64,000 bases of DNA from Camelus dromedarius (lineage: Eukaryota): NCBI RefSeq assembly GCF_036321535.1, contig NC_087449.1:51336001-51400000 (forward strand), in the 5' to 3' direction. Of the stretch, positions 20,401 through 32,089 are shown in pieces. The notes under the pieces were generated by a model. The model had not been told where the DNA came from. It did no database searches and saw only the letters and a program-made list of their open reading frames with translations. The stretch's first letter is position 1. Each line of letters opens with the position of its first letter. The translations under genes and the position numbers were made by a program.

Positions 20401-22952
20401 ATAAATTGAATACTGAAGTATCAAAGCAATTTTAATGCTGAATCTCCTTTTAAAACCACTCTCCTGTCTTGGAAATTCTGTGATATGCCCCCAAACCCCT
20501 AAGAAGTGTGGAAGAGGGGTGGGAAGGGGAAGGGGGAAGTTAAAAGTAGGGAGATGGGTGAGGACAGCAGGCTTCCTGGCTCAGCCTCAGCCCAAAGGCA
20601 TCGCTGACCCACCCCTTTCCCAAGACACATACTTCATAACATCAGCGTCAAGCAAACAGCCAGTGTTGTGGACAGGCCTAGAAGAAGCAGCCAAAGACCT
20701 GGGTCTGGGCCCAAGCTCTGCCCAGGGCCTTGATTTCCCCACCAGTAAGTACAACAGGGCTGTGGAGCTGAGTTATCTTTGGGGTCCCACCAGTTAATTC
20801 TGCTTGCCAGCCCCCATGCAGTTCTCCAGACCCAGTCTTACCCGGAAGGAGCCCCACAGGAAGACTCGGCCGTCCTCGGTGAGGGCCGCTGTGTGACTGT
20901 CTCCTGCTGACACCTGTACCACCTTCTCTTGCAGTTCCACTTTCCCGGGGACCATCTCTGAGCCCTCTGCTGATGTGTCCCTTCCCAGGGCACCCTCATC
21001 ATTGCAGCCGAAGGAGTAGACCTGCGTCCAGGATGGCCCTGTTAGTGCAAGGTCTGGCCTCTCAGTCCACTCTTGTTTAAGCCACTCCCTGCTCATCTAG
21101 CCAGCTCCATCTCCACAGAATGTGGCTCAAAGCTCTTCCCCAAGCCCCCATCCCCAGGCCCTGTCCCATCCTGTGCCACCCACAACTTACCTGGCCACTT
21201 TTGCTTAGACACACGGTGTGCATGCCCCCAGCTTCAGCCTGCACGATGTCCTCTGGAATGGGCACCAGGGCTGGCTTCTTCCTCTCCATCACATTCTCGC
21301 CTAGCCCCAGCTGGCCCACATCGCCCTGGCCCAGTGTCAGCACCAAGCCCGGTTCTGTGCTGTGGGACCTATGTGAGACTGAGGGGTGAAGAAGACAGCC
21401 CCTGAGTGTGTAGGATGACAGGAGAGGAGAGGTCTCTGCATGGGCTCTGGGATCACACAGACCTGGATTCAAGCCCCTGCTCTGCCACAGACCATTAGCC
21501 TGACCTTTCCAAGCCTAAGTTTCCTCATCTGAGAAATGAGGATAACAAAAGTACCTATCTCATAGGGTTTTTGTGAAGATGAAAAACAAAGCATATTATT
21601 AATGTGAGTGGAAGGAAATGGAAACAGTGAGATACTGGATATTGTGAAATAAATCTTAGTGGGGAGAGAAAAAGAACAGTGAGGACATAAGATACTTTCC
21701 TTGATTGGCTGTAAGGTCTTGGTCAGAAACACAGTGACAACAGTGAGGGCATAATAACATCTACCCCTTTACTGACTGCTTACTCTACTAATGTTGAATT
21801 GCTTTGCACATTGTTACAGACCTTCCATATTTAGGATCCCATTTTATAGGAAAGGGAATAGAGCCTCAAGAGAGGTTAAGTAACCACTCCAGGGTCAGAG
21901 CTAATAACTAGCAGAAGAGTTTGCAGTGAAGCCTATGTGTTCAGGGCACAGTCCCTAGCCTCCATCCTCAGGTTGTGACTTAACCTCTGGTCACGAACAG
22001 TGACCCTCACTGTGCTCCTATCTGGGAGCAGACAAGCAGCTGAAGAGGAACTGGCAGGCCTAAGACACCGCACAGACATTTGAGGAGAGGTACATGCCAA
22101 CAGGTGCGCGGCACAGGGCCATCTGCTGGCCAATGACGGCGCCCGTGGCCCCAACAGCCAATGGCATCCAGGCCCTCCCTCTGGGGGTGTGGCCACAGCT
22201 GCCCCGACTGCACAGAGGGCTCCCTGGGCAGGCAGCCACCTGGTCGGGCTTTCTGGTCAGGAGGGCTCTGCCCACAGGCACCTTGGCAGGAGCGGGCGCC
22301 TGGAATGCGGCGGGAGGCAACGGCCCTCGCTGCCTGGTTACGAGAGTCTGCAAAAGACAGACACTGTCTGAGAGTGGGTCCACATTCCCCCCTCCCAGAT
22401 TAGGCGTGGCTCTCTCTCCTCCCTGACTCCCTCCAGGGTCCCAACAGAGAGGAAACCACAGCCAGCTCCCTGGAGTGCTACCAGGACACTGTCTCACTTT
22501 CCTCACAACAGCCCAGTGAGGTTGCCCATTTTATGAACGGGCTAGTCTAAGCTCAGTGAGGTTAGTGATTTGACCAAAGCTACACAGCTAGAAAGTGGCA
22601 GAGCCAGGACTTGAACCCAGTCTGGAGGTCAGTGGTCTTAACCATATTATTGCCTGGGGCAAAGCCCTAGGGTCTAGTTTTTTGGCCAGTACCTGAGTGC
22701 TTTTAGGCAAGTCTCTGCACTGTTATAATTCCCAGAAGGTGGGATTCAATGAGCTACAGGCGACCCTCCAGCTGGGTGGAGTTCCTGGACTTCCAGACCC
22801 CTCAGGAAGGAGCCCAGTCCCAGATTCTGGGGGCACCAGGAGGCCACCCATACTGAGATAGAGGCTAAAGCCAACTTACCCTTCACCTTCTTGCTTTTCG
22901 GGAGGGCATCTTCTGGGGGTGACCTTCTCTTAGCTATACGCTTGGGTGGCAT
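17231..22952 (-). CDS. RCC1: RCC1 (regulator of chromosome condensation 1, Ran GEF), complete CDS, 9 constitutive exons, 1266 nt = 421 aa + stop
   Basis: Exon lengths 73+188+180+97+123+156+120+153+176 = 1266, all GT-AG and in frame; RCC1 beta-propeller repeats throughout. Confidence 0.98.
18262..18414 (-). CDS. RCC1: RCC1 coding exon 8 (153 nt)
   Basis: [26 protein letters not shown]...GYAVTKD. Confidence 0.97.
18758..18877 (-). CDS. RCC1: RCC1 coding exon 7 (120 nt)
   Basis: [40 protein letters not shown]. Confidence 0.97.
19122..19277 (-). CDS. RCC1: RCC1 coding exon 6 (156 nt)
   Basis: [33 protein letters not shown]...GLSNYHQL. Confidence 0.97.
19731..19853 (-). CDS. RCC1: RCC1 coding exon 5 (123 nt)
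   Basis: [41 protein letters not shown]. Confidence 0.97.
19952..20048 (-). CDS. RCC1: RCC1 coding exon 4 (97 nt)
   Basis: [32 protein letters not shown]. Confidence 0.97.
20842..21021 (-). CDS. RCC1: RCC1 coding exon 3 (180 nt)
   Basis: [17 protein letters not shown]...[10 protein letters not shown]. Confidence 0.97.
21191..21378 (-). CDS. RCC1: RCC1 coding exon 2 (188 nt)
   Basis: [27 protein letters not shown]...CLSKSGQ. Confidence 0.97.
22240..22347 (-). CDS. RCC1: RCC1 alternative N-tail exon with two donors (66 nt to 22282, 108 nt to 22240), equivalent to gamma/beta isoforms
   Basis: TCTGTCTTTTGCAG acceptor; in-frame [22 protein letters not shown]|[14 protein letters not shown]; weak donors GTGCCT and GTGGCT. 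Confidence 0.8.
22880..22952 (-). CDS. RCC1: RCC1 first coding exon (exon begins 22961, ATG at 22952)
   Basis: TTTTTTTCAG|GACAGGAAG ATG; [24 protein letters not shown] (NLS tail); GTAAGT donor. Confidence 0.97.
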
Positions 22953-25859
22953 CTTCCTGTCCTGAAAAAAACAGGCAAAAATGGCAATCATTTTCCTGCT
23001 CTAATTAGGCAATATTTATCAAAAACTTTAAAAGAGGTGAGAAGAAATTCCCAGCAATTCCACTTCTCAGAATTTATCTGAGAACCAAATAATAAATATA
23101 GCTAAAGACTAACTTCCACAAATATTCTCTGCTATATTCTTCTTAATATTAAAAAAAAAAAAATGGAGCAACCCATGCACTTGGGAGGCTGGCTAGGTAA
23201 TATGTAGTATATTGATGATAAAACAGTAGAAAGCCATTAAAAGTGATGTTTCAGAGATTTACATATTGAATCATCGCCAAATAATATAAGCAGACTGAAA
23301 AACAGCCCACCATCCTATTTGTGGGGGGGAAGCATACATATAAAAATGTGTGGAGGAAAACATATTCAATGTTAATAAAAGTAACCTCCGGGAAATTTCG
23401 GGATTATGGACAACTTTTACTTTTTTCTTTGTATCTTATTATACTATCTAAGATACAAGGAACGTTACATTTTTTTTTTTTTTTTTCCTGAGACATGGAA
23501 TCTCATCAGTGAATCCCCCCAAACCATGTTTTTCTACAGCAGGTTTGTCAACCTCAGGCCTGCCAGCATGGGGACCCCTCCCTCCTGCCCACTGCCACAT
23601 GCCCTGGGAGGGACACACTGGTTGAGAGCGTCACCTACAGCTTTTGTTCGACCCTCAACAGTAAACTGAGCCCTCCACCTGACAGGGGGCCACAGTCCCC
23701 TCTGCCCCCCAGGGCCCTGGTCTGGATGATCATTGGCCCATCGACGGGTTCCACACAGGGGTCTGACCTCTGCCTCACCCACAGGGCCAATGCCAGGAGC
23801 AACCCTTTGGCGCTCCTTCCAGAATGACCAAACCGTCTCCTGCTCCTTGTCAAGGGTCCTCACAGCACAAGTGCTCATAGACCAGGTGGCTCCAGACCCC
23901 GCACAGGGAGTAATGGGTCTGGACAGGACACAGGCCACTGATACTGGCTCAGCAGCTCTCAGGCAGGCAAGCAGGTCACACCTGCCCAACGCTTTCTTCT
24001 ACAAAGTCTCCCCCAGACAGACCTACTGAATGACCAAAGGAGACCCTCTCTGAGTCAATCCCACTGTGCCCAAAGCTTGCCACGTGCTCATACATCTCAT
24101 TTAAACCTCACAACGAGCCTTACTCTATGGAAGAAGAAAATCGTACTGTCTGGCTACAAACCATTCTTAATGCCCACTGTTCTGAGCACTGAGTGTAGAA
24201 ATAGCTGCTTCCTCTGTGCCCCGACGTCACGGGTGCAGCAGGGCAGCTGCATCCGTGGTGCTGGTAGGTCCGCCATCCATGGGGCAACATTTTTTTTTTA
24301 ATATAGAAAATTAAAACACTGAAGAACGTTAAGTGAAATATCCCTCATAACTCTTCCCAACCCTAACATAACCACTAGTAACTCTAGTGATGCATCACTG
24401 TTATAATCAAACCACATGCAAAAAAAAAGCTACTTTCATTAAATAAAACCAAACTAAACCAAACCATTTGTACCCTTTGATCCAAAATGCCACCACTCCT
24501 GGGAGGAGCCTGGCTTTCCTCTAAACAGTCCAACAAGAGACAAACAACGTATATACACACACACTAACATACAAACAAGAGGTGTTACAACATGGGAAAA
24601 GGAAATCACCTACAGGTGACAAGAAGGGGATGATCCAGGGGCCTCAGCCCTGAGCCCCTTTTCTCCTTTAACTGCTGCTGCCTCCCCAAGGCTGCTGAGA
24701 ACAGACATTCCTCCTGGCTCTCACAATTCCAGTCCAGCCCAGATTGTGTCCAAGGCCTTTTTTCCTCCACATATGCAGCTCTGGAAATAAACCTTTATTG
24801 AGCCCTGGTCTTTAAGGTTATGAAAGACAGTTAAGTTGTTTAAACTTGGGGCTCCCAAATTCTAAACTGTGAACCCTCTGGAATGGATGGCTAGGGTCAG
24901 GGCAATTCACAGCTATCCAGATACAAATGGTAGAGTCGTGGTTATGAAGGGCCAGAACATGTGCTCAGCTACTTTCTAGCTGTTTGACCAAAATCATTTA
25001 ATTTCTTCATGATTCAGTTTCCTCCTCAGCTAAAAAGGGATAATAATAGCACCTACACCCTGTTGTAATGTGGAGGATTAAATGAGCTAACACTGTAAAA
25101 GTGATTACATAGTAAGTGCTCAATAAATCAATACTGGTGTATAACAGCAGGAACCTGTCCCGGGAAATGCTCAGGCACAGCTCTCATCTAAGCTAACCCA
25201 CCTCTCCTCCGTTTTACAGAAAAGGGGTGGAGGCTTCTACCCAAGGCTACAAACAGAAAGAGAACCCCAAGAGCCCTTCTCAGGCTTCAGTGTGGCCCGA
25301 AAGAGCACCCCCCTCCCTTCTTCCTTCCAGGAGGTCCTAGAGACCCAGCCTCTCCAGCTCCCATGGTACACAAACACAAGGTCAGTGGCCTCTGCATTTC
25401 TGAGCACAGTTCTGCTGACTCTCCTGGGGGAGAACAAAGTACTAAAGACAAGGAAGCAGCCAAAGGCCTAGAGTGCCAAGCCTGTGCAGGTCGAGCCTCT
25501 GCAGGTGGAGCTTCTTCTACAGGCTGTGACGGGCCCAGTTCTCACTCTGATGACGTGGTAGTTCTGTGTCTCACCCAACTTTTATTCTCCCAGGGTGGAA
25601 CCAATCAGCCTCTCTGAGACCCCTCTTCCCACACTAGAAATGCATGCTCTGGGAGTCGAGGGAACTGGGTTCATCTGCCAGAGCTTGGCTTGCCCACCCC
25701 TGCTTCTGTGACCACGGGTGGCCTCTCTGGCAGCTTTAACCTCTCTGAGCTGTATCCTCACCTGTAAAAAGGGACACAATGACTACTTCCAGGGCTGCTG
25801 TCAAGACTGAATGAATTGTTTGTAGAGGACTTTCCAGTGCCAAGCACACAGTAAGTGCT

Positions 25860-26620
25860 TAATACATGGCAGCATTTATTCATTCATTCCAAATATTTAC
25901 TGAGTGCCTCTAACCACCCCTTGACTTTGGGCCAGGTGGAGAACAGAAAAAGGAAAACGAATCCTCTCCCTGTTCTCATGGAGCTTATGTTCTAGTGGGA
26001 AAGAGACACACACACTGGTATTACAGATGGCGCTGCATGAAAAATAGGCAAGGTGATGTAGTANNNNNNNNNNNNNNNNNNNNNNNNNNNNNNNNNNNNN
26101 NNNNNNNNNNNNNNNNNNNNNNNNNNNNNNNNNNNNNNNNNNNNNNNNNNNNNNNNNNNNNNNNNNNNNNNNNNNNNNNNNNNNNNNNNNNNNNNATGGG
26201 GGAGGAGATATAGATCAGATAAGTAACATTTGAGCTAAGACTTGAAATACCAGCAGGGGAAGACCTGGACAAAAGCATGTGATCTGCTTAAGGATCCCGG
26301 GAGGCCAGGGGGCCGCAGCTGCACAGTGCCAGGTCAATGGCACAAGGGAAGCAAGGGCTGGTCATACAAGGCCTTGCAGGGAAACTGAAAAGGTTTAAGG
26401 AGAAAAATGTCTTCTGAATACTGTAAAGAAAATGGAATGGATTGGAAGAGGAGACAACTGCAGGCACCCAAATGAGAGAAGCTGGTGATTGATCTGGTTT
26501 GAAGCAAGAGAGAAAAGTAGACAAAACAGATTAACTTAGGAGACAGGCTTGATTTGCCCGTTGGTTAGGCGCAGGGAATGAGGGAGAGGGAGGAATCTGG
26601 AATGACATTTTCATCCTCAA
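25860..26620 (-). mobile_element. L2 3' region interrupted by an N-gap (26064-26195)
   Basis: CATTCATTCCAAATATTTACTGAGTGCC, CTCATGGAGCTTATGTTCTAGTGGG, TGAGCTAAGACTTGAA. Confidence 0.62.
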
Positions 26621-29600
26621 AAATCCAGGGGATCCTGGGCAGGCCTCCCTGGCTTTGGCTTACTGGACTAGGTAGGTGGCATACTTCCAGTTAGGGAGAT
26701 GGAGAACACTGTGGGACAGACAGGAGAGATGAGACCTAGAGGTCCATTTTGCCAGGTGTTTTTGTTAAGTCTGAAGTGTGTGGGAGCCAACCAATAAGGG
26801 ATGTTAAGTATGCAGAGCTGATGGGTTAAGGGGTGTGGGATATGACAAGTACCCACTGTTTCCGGTAGACAGCTTGTACCCCTGGCCAGGTTGGCAGCCA
26901 GTTCATTGTGTCCAGGGCCCTGTCCCACCAAAGGCACATTTCCAGCTCATCAGAATGACCTGTAGGAGTTAGCTGTGCTGGGGAGGGAGACTGTAATAAC
27001 ATGGAAAAGTACTCACAACAAGAAGTTAAGTGAAAAAACAGGAAACAAAATTCTGTCAGCACACTGATGCTGATGTTGGGTTGACCTGTAGTCGTGGGTC
27101 ATTAACAAAAAAAAATGTGTTAGTAGGGTTTGCAACTGACCCAGACAACATCCCCTTAGCCACCTGTATTTTGGCTAACAATCTGGGGCATCTCACTGCA
27201 AGCTAACCACACCAATTCCACTTTACAGACGGGGAAACTGAGGCTCAGAAAAATGAAGTTTCTTACCCAAGACTGGAAAAGGAAGTCAAGATCTGTACCA
27301 AGCTGGTCAGACCCCAGAACTGGTGCCCTTGCCTACTTCCTCCCCACACCCCCGGTCTCTCAGCCTGCCTGAGAACTCTCTCATACTCTCTCTGCTAGAA
27401 AAGACAGCAGCTTTTCTCTGGTCTTCATCCTCCCCACCCCTTTCCCATCCCATTCCACAAGCCATTCATGATCTTTTTAAACCTGGAACAAGCTGCTTTC
27501 TTGCTCAGACTTCTCAGTGGTTCCCTCGGCCCACACTTCTTGATCTGGTGCTAAAGACCTCCAGGGTCTGGTACTGACACAGCTTTTGGCCTCATATCCT
27601 ACCTATCACATCCTCCCTTCTCTCCTCACACAATCTCAGACTGCTGACTATTCTCTCTATACCATGTGCATTTCTATACCAGCCCATCCCGTATCCCACT
27701 GGAAGAACTTCTACTCAAAGTCACTGCCATAGGTAAACCACCTCTGGTCCCTCTCAATCCCAAAGGAACCATTCTCTTAGAGAAATCAGGAAAGACTTTT
27801 GAATCGTAACTATTTTATTTACATATCTATCCACCATACCAATCTACTCCTTCAAATGAGTCTCTTTGGAGCACTGGCCACTCCTACCTTCTATATGCCA
27901 ACAATCTTTGATGCCTCACAACAAGCTGAAGAAGGCACTGTCACTCCTATTTCACAGTTGAGGGAACTGAGGCTCAGAGAAGTAAATTTACTTGCCTAAG
28001 TTCATACAGCCAGATAGAAGAGCCAGGAATAAAATCCAGGTCTATCTGAATAATTAAAAACAAAAACAAGAATAGGTTGGCTAAAGGCAGGCCATGATCC
28101 AGGCAGGGGTGGAGACAGCCTGGATAGGCCTCCCCAGGATCCCCCATGAGCTTGGCCAAACGCAACAAGCAGGGGGTAGAAGCCCACTGAGAAGGGCAGG
28201 ATGGTGGGACTAGAGAAGAGACATGGAGGTAGCTGGGGCCTGGGAGGGTGAGCCAGGTGGGCGATGGATCTGCTGAAGGATGTGCGGAAGGACAACGGGT
28301 ACAACTCTGTGCTGTGGTGGAGACAGCAATGGATTTCAGTGAGTTCCCTTTGAGCCTGAGAATCTACACCTCTCTGATGGAGGACTTTAGGCACTGCAGC
28401 GCCCTAGTGTTGTGAGCAATCCTGGAGGCATGGCAGGGAAAGTGAGGGCACCTTCTAAAAGGTACAGTCCTGCACCCATCACACCCCTGCATATCCTCTA
28501 CTGCACAAATCAGTCCTTTGGAGAGACATCCTGTCTAACTGCTCTGCATTTGTTTTCTTAACCAGTGAGTGTCTGGGCTGGGAACAAATTGTAGTCTCTT
28601 GTCCCTACCCCACTCTCCCCAACAAACACAGCTTCTGTCCTTTCATTTTCCAGGAATTTACAGTCTGGGAGAAGAGTTAGACACAATCACAAATAATAAG
28701 TCAGATAGAGTCAACTTCCACTAGTAGGCAACTACGATGTGCCAGCTTCTCCTGAATGCTCACACCTGCCCTCTGAGGTGTGATTATCCTGGCTTTACAG
28801 ATAAGAAAGTGGAGGCTCAGGGGAAGGTGTCCCAGGCCACACAGGTGGGATGACAGCCCAGGTCTCCTGACCACTCCCCCCAGAGCCAGAGCTTCCCCTC
28901 TTCTCCCTGGATCTCAGTTTCCTCATTTGGTGAACAAAGGCACAGCAGACAGGACAGGCTACCAGGGGCCAAGTGTTTCTGCTGTGACCCCGTGACCTCA
29001 GCACAGTTTCATTTCTGCAAAGGGAGACAGAGCCCTCTCTGACCACAGCAGTTGTCCCCACCCGCCCACCCAAGTCAGGAGGCAGACGCTTGCCTGCCAG
29101 ACGCAAAGGCTGAAGAATCCCTTTGTGTGAGAGGTCCCCAGGAGTGAAGGGGAGAGAGAGGCTCATCTGGCAGCAAACATTTGCTGCGCTCCTGCCGCTC
29201 CTGCCTCTGCGAGGCACAGAGTTGGCACACTTCACCCAGGAGTTCCTAGCCAGGGGATCCCCCTTACATACAGCGCTGTGCCTCGGCTTAAATGTGTTCA
29301 TTCTTCCCAGGGGAAAAGGGCCGCAACTTCCCCCAGATGCTAGAACCCCAGCTTTAAGGAAACAGTAGGATATTAGGAATCCTCACCACAGGTCACTTAC
29401 CTGTACAAGTAAGGAAAACAAGGCTCAGAGGAGTTGAGCGAGTGGCCCCAGGGCACCCAACTAGGAAGTTGCAAACCTGAATAGGATTCCTGCTCTTGGG
29501 ATGTCTTTGCAATAAGAGAAGAACTCTTAATTCATCTTTTCAGACTCCATTCTGATGCTGTTCTTGGGTGAAACCATTGCTGCCTCCTCCACCCCCACCC

Positions 29601-29949
29601 AGTGTTGCTCTTTTGCACCCCAGACCTTTCAAGACCCAGCCCCTGTTGGATCGTCCTGGTCCTCCCCTCCTTGTACCCTGCGCTCCAGTCAGACTCAAAC
29701 ACTCGTGGTGTCCCGGATCACAACACTTACCTACACCTCCACACCTTTGCATGTGCTGTGTCCCCTGCCTGGATCACCCTAACCCCTCCACCCCATCTGT
29801 CTGAATAACTCTACTGCTCCTTCAACTCTGGCCAAGAGTCACCTCGGCTGGAAAGCCATCCCTGACTCGCCTGAGCAGGCTTGGGTGACCCCCCCAGCGT
29901 TACCCTTCACACTCCATACACTCTCCACTTCTGCTGGGGCACCCAAGTC

Positions 29950-31000
29950 ACATTTCGTTGGAGCACCTCAGTTAGTATCTGCCAGCAGCAGCGCCCCAGC
30001 TTCACGGGCATACTCCGGGGATCACCCTGGACCGTTAATTGTGGCCCCACATGGGTCTCCCCAGGGAGACCCGGGGCTCCATCAGGGCCACAGGGGGCCC
30101 TCTCACCATATTCCCCGCCCTGCTAGCGCGGTACGGAGTGGACAGCCAATAAATAATCTGTCGACACGTGAGTTGATGCGGAGTTCACAGCACACTCTTC
30201 AACGGGTCGAACAGTTGTCGTTGTGGTGCCCGTTGTCGCTGAGATTTCTCTTCCTGCGCAGACCTTGAGCAGCCTACCCTCGTGCTCCTAAAGCAGACCT
30301 CCGTCGGGCAGGATTCCGGCCCCACTCTGCAATCCACGTTCTCCAAACCGATGCTGGACAAAGTCACTTTTTCGCTTCGGAAACGCGGCCCCCGCCAGGG
30401 TGGCTGCCCCGGCCGGGGAGGCGCGCGGATCTGCGTACCGCGGGCGCCGAGGTCACCGCGGCCGCGCGCACCTCGGCCGGCCGCGCTCGGGACGTTTGAA
30501 TCTCCCGCCCGAGCGGGCGGCGCGGGCCGGGCGTGAGAGGCGCGGCGGCAGAGGGGCCGCGCGGCCCTCGCTCGGGCGAGGCGGGGCCCGGGCGGCTCCC
30601 GGCCGCCCCGCGGGGTCGGGAACCCGCGCTCCCGCACCCGCGCCTCCCGGGCGCCCGGCTTCACGTGGGGCCGGCGCCGCGCGACACGGGCGCGCGCAGG
30701 CAACGTCTCCGGCCCACCACGACCGCCGGTGCCCCGGCTGTGCCCGCCCCGCGCGCCGCCCCTCGCCCGGACCCTCGGCGCGTGACGGGCGCGACCTACC
30801 TCGCTGCAGGTCCGCCACAAGGAACTCCTCCGCTCGCCGGCCCGGCCGCGAACTGCCCCAGAGCATGCGCTCTGCAGGCCTCCGGCCCCGACCCCGGGCC
30901 AGAAAAGAAAACAAAGAGCCCGGCGACCCCTGGCGGGCACCCCGGGAAGTGCAAATGGCGTGCTCTGCTAGGACGCTCTTGACCAGGCTCTCTCCACCCT
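29950..31000. promoter_or_regulatory. CpG island / proximal RCC1 promoter
   Basis: Very high GC and CpG density at 30400-30950. CACGTG E-boxes at 30165-30170 and 30662-30667; GCATGCGC at 30863-30870. Confidence 0.9.
30800..30885 (-). other. RCC1: RCC1 non-coding first exon of the proximal promoter (5' end approximate)
   Basis: Donor GAG|GTAGGT at 30799 inside the CpG island. GGCCTGCAGAGCGCATGCTCTGGGGCAGTTCGCGGCC...GAGTTCCTTGTGG resembles the recalled human RCC1 5' end. Confidence 0.75.
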
Positions 31001-31958
31001 AGCCCGGGTTCAGTAGGTGTGCATTTTGGAGACCCCAAATCGGTGCAAATGAAATGACAACCAGAAAGACTACTAGGAATCACGGTTTGTTTGGGAAAAT
31101 CTGGTGTGGAAGGGACTGTACGGGCAAATGAGATCCTGATCCTCCCTGCTCTCATGAGGTTCTCCGTCAGAGAAAGGTGAGAAATCAGGCTATCAACAAC
31201 TACCAGGGTTGTGACAAGGGTACACACAGGGTTATCTGGCTCAGCCAGGGCTTAAGAAGGGCTTTCCAGGTTAAGGCTAAGAGGGCAGGGCCTCCTAGAA
31301 GAAGCATCACTTGCAATGACAGCGAGCGATGAGCGCCTATGGTGGTTATGAGAAACTCGCAGGGTCTCACTGGGGCAGAGAGTGCCACAGGAGTAACGTG
31401 GGGGAGAACTGGAGAGGGAGAGACAGGCCATGGGTTCAGGGTCTCTAAGGACACAGCCTCTACCCTGAGGCAGTGGGGAACTATGAAAGGGATTTGAGCA
31501 CGTGAGTGACATGAGCAGATGTTTGCTTTAGAACAAAATGGAGAATGGACTTGAGGGAAGGGGAAACCAAGAGTCGGGGAGGGAGACCAGATAAAAAAGA
31601 AGATGAGGGTGTAAATTGAGGTTGGGAGCTAGAGATGGAGAACAGGCACCAAGCCGACTATGCTGTCTTGTTAACACACTCCTTCTTCAGGATGAATACA
31701 AACATTTCTTTAGGATTTCAAGGGTTTCCTGCGGTGAACTTTCAGGCCATTTGATTGTGTCTGGGTACTTCCTAGGTCAGGGGAGTGAGCGCTGCAGAAG
31801 GACATTTTCTTCATTTCATGTTGATTCTGACTCTGAAAGTCATACTATCATACCTGAACTCTAGATGGACACTTTTCATGAGTGTTTACCAACTGAATTT
31901 CTTCTCTGCAGAGCCCCTCCCCTCAAAAAAGGCAGTCCCCATCTTCAGAGTCTCTTAC

Positions 31959-32089
31959 CTCTTCAAGTTTACTTCTGCCTCCATCACAGACTCTTCTTTT
32001 GGATGATATACTGTGAAATGTCTCCAAGTTTTAACCCTGGGATCTCTGATCTCTCTCTGCTGTCTTCCTCCAAGATCTTACTCAGTCAC
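31959..32089 (-). other. RCC1: RCC1 5'UTR cassette exon (read-through leader); acceptor uncertain
   Basis: Strong donor GAG|GTAAGA at 31958. Body (GTAAGATCTTGGAGGAAGACAGCAGAGAGAGATCAGAGATCCCAGGGTTAAAA...GATGGAGGCAGAAGTAAACTTG) closely resembles the recalled human RCC1 leader exon. Acceptor AAGCCAG has a weak pyrimidine tract. Confidence 0.6.

Noticed and set aside
23534-24029. GC-rich ORFs (98-151 aa) and a TGG|GTGAGG donor in the RCC1 leader intron
   Set aside because: No convincing acceptor pairing and no protein similarity I recognise.
30278-30353. Possible extra 76-nt RCC1 5'UTR exon (TTTGTCCAG ... AGG|GTAGGC)
   Set aside because: Splice-site-like motifs only, with a poor pyrimidine tract and no other support.
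30185-31227. Several long overlapping ORFs (143-251 aa) on both strands
   Set aside because: They lie in the RCC1 CpG island, where stop codons are rare; Arg/Gly/Pro/Ala low-complexity with no recognisable domain.
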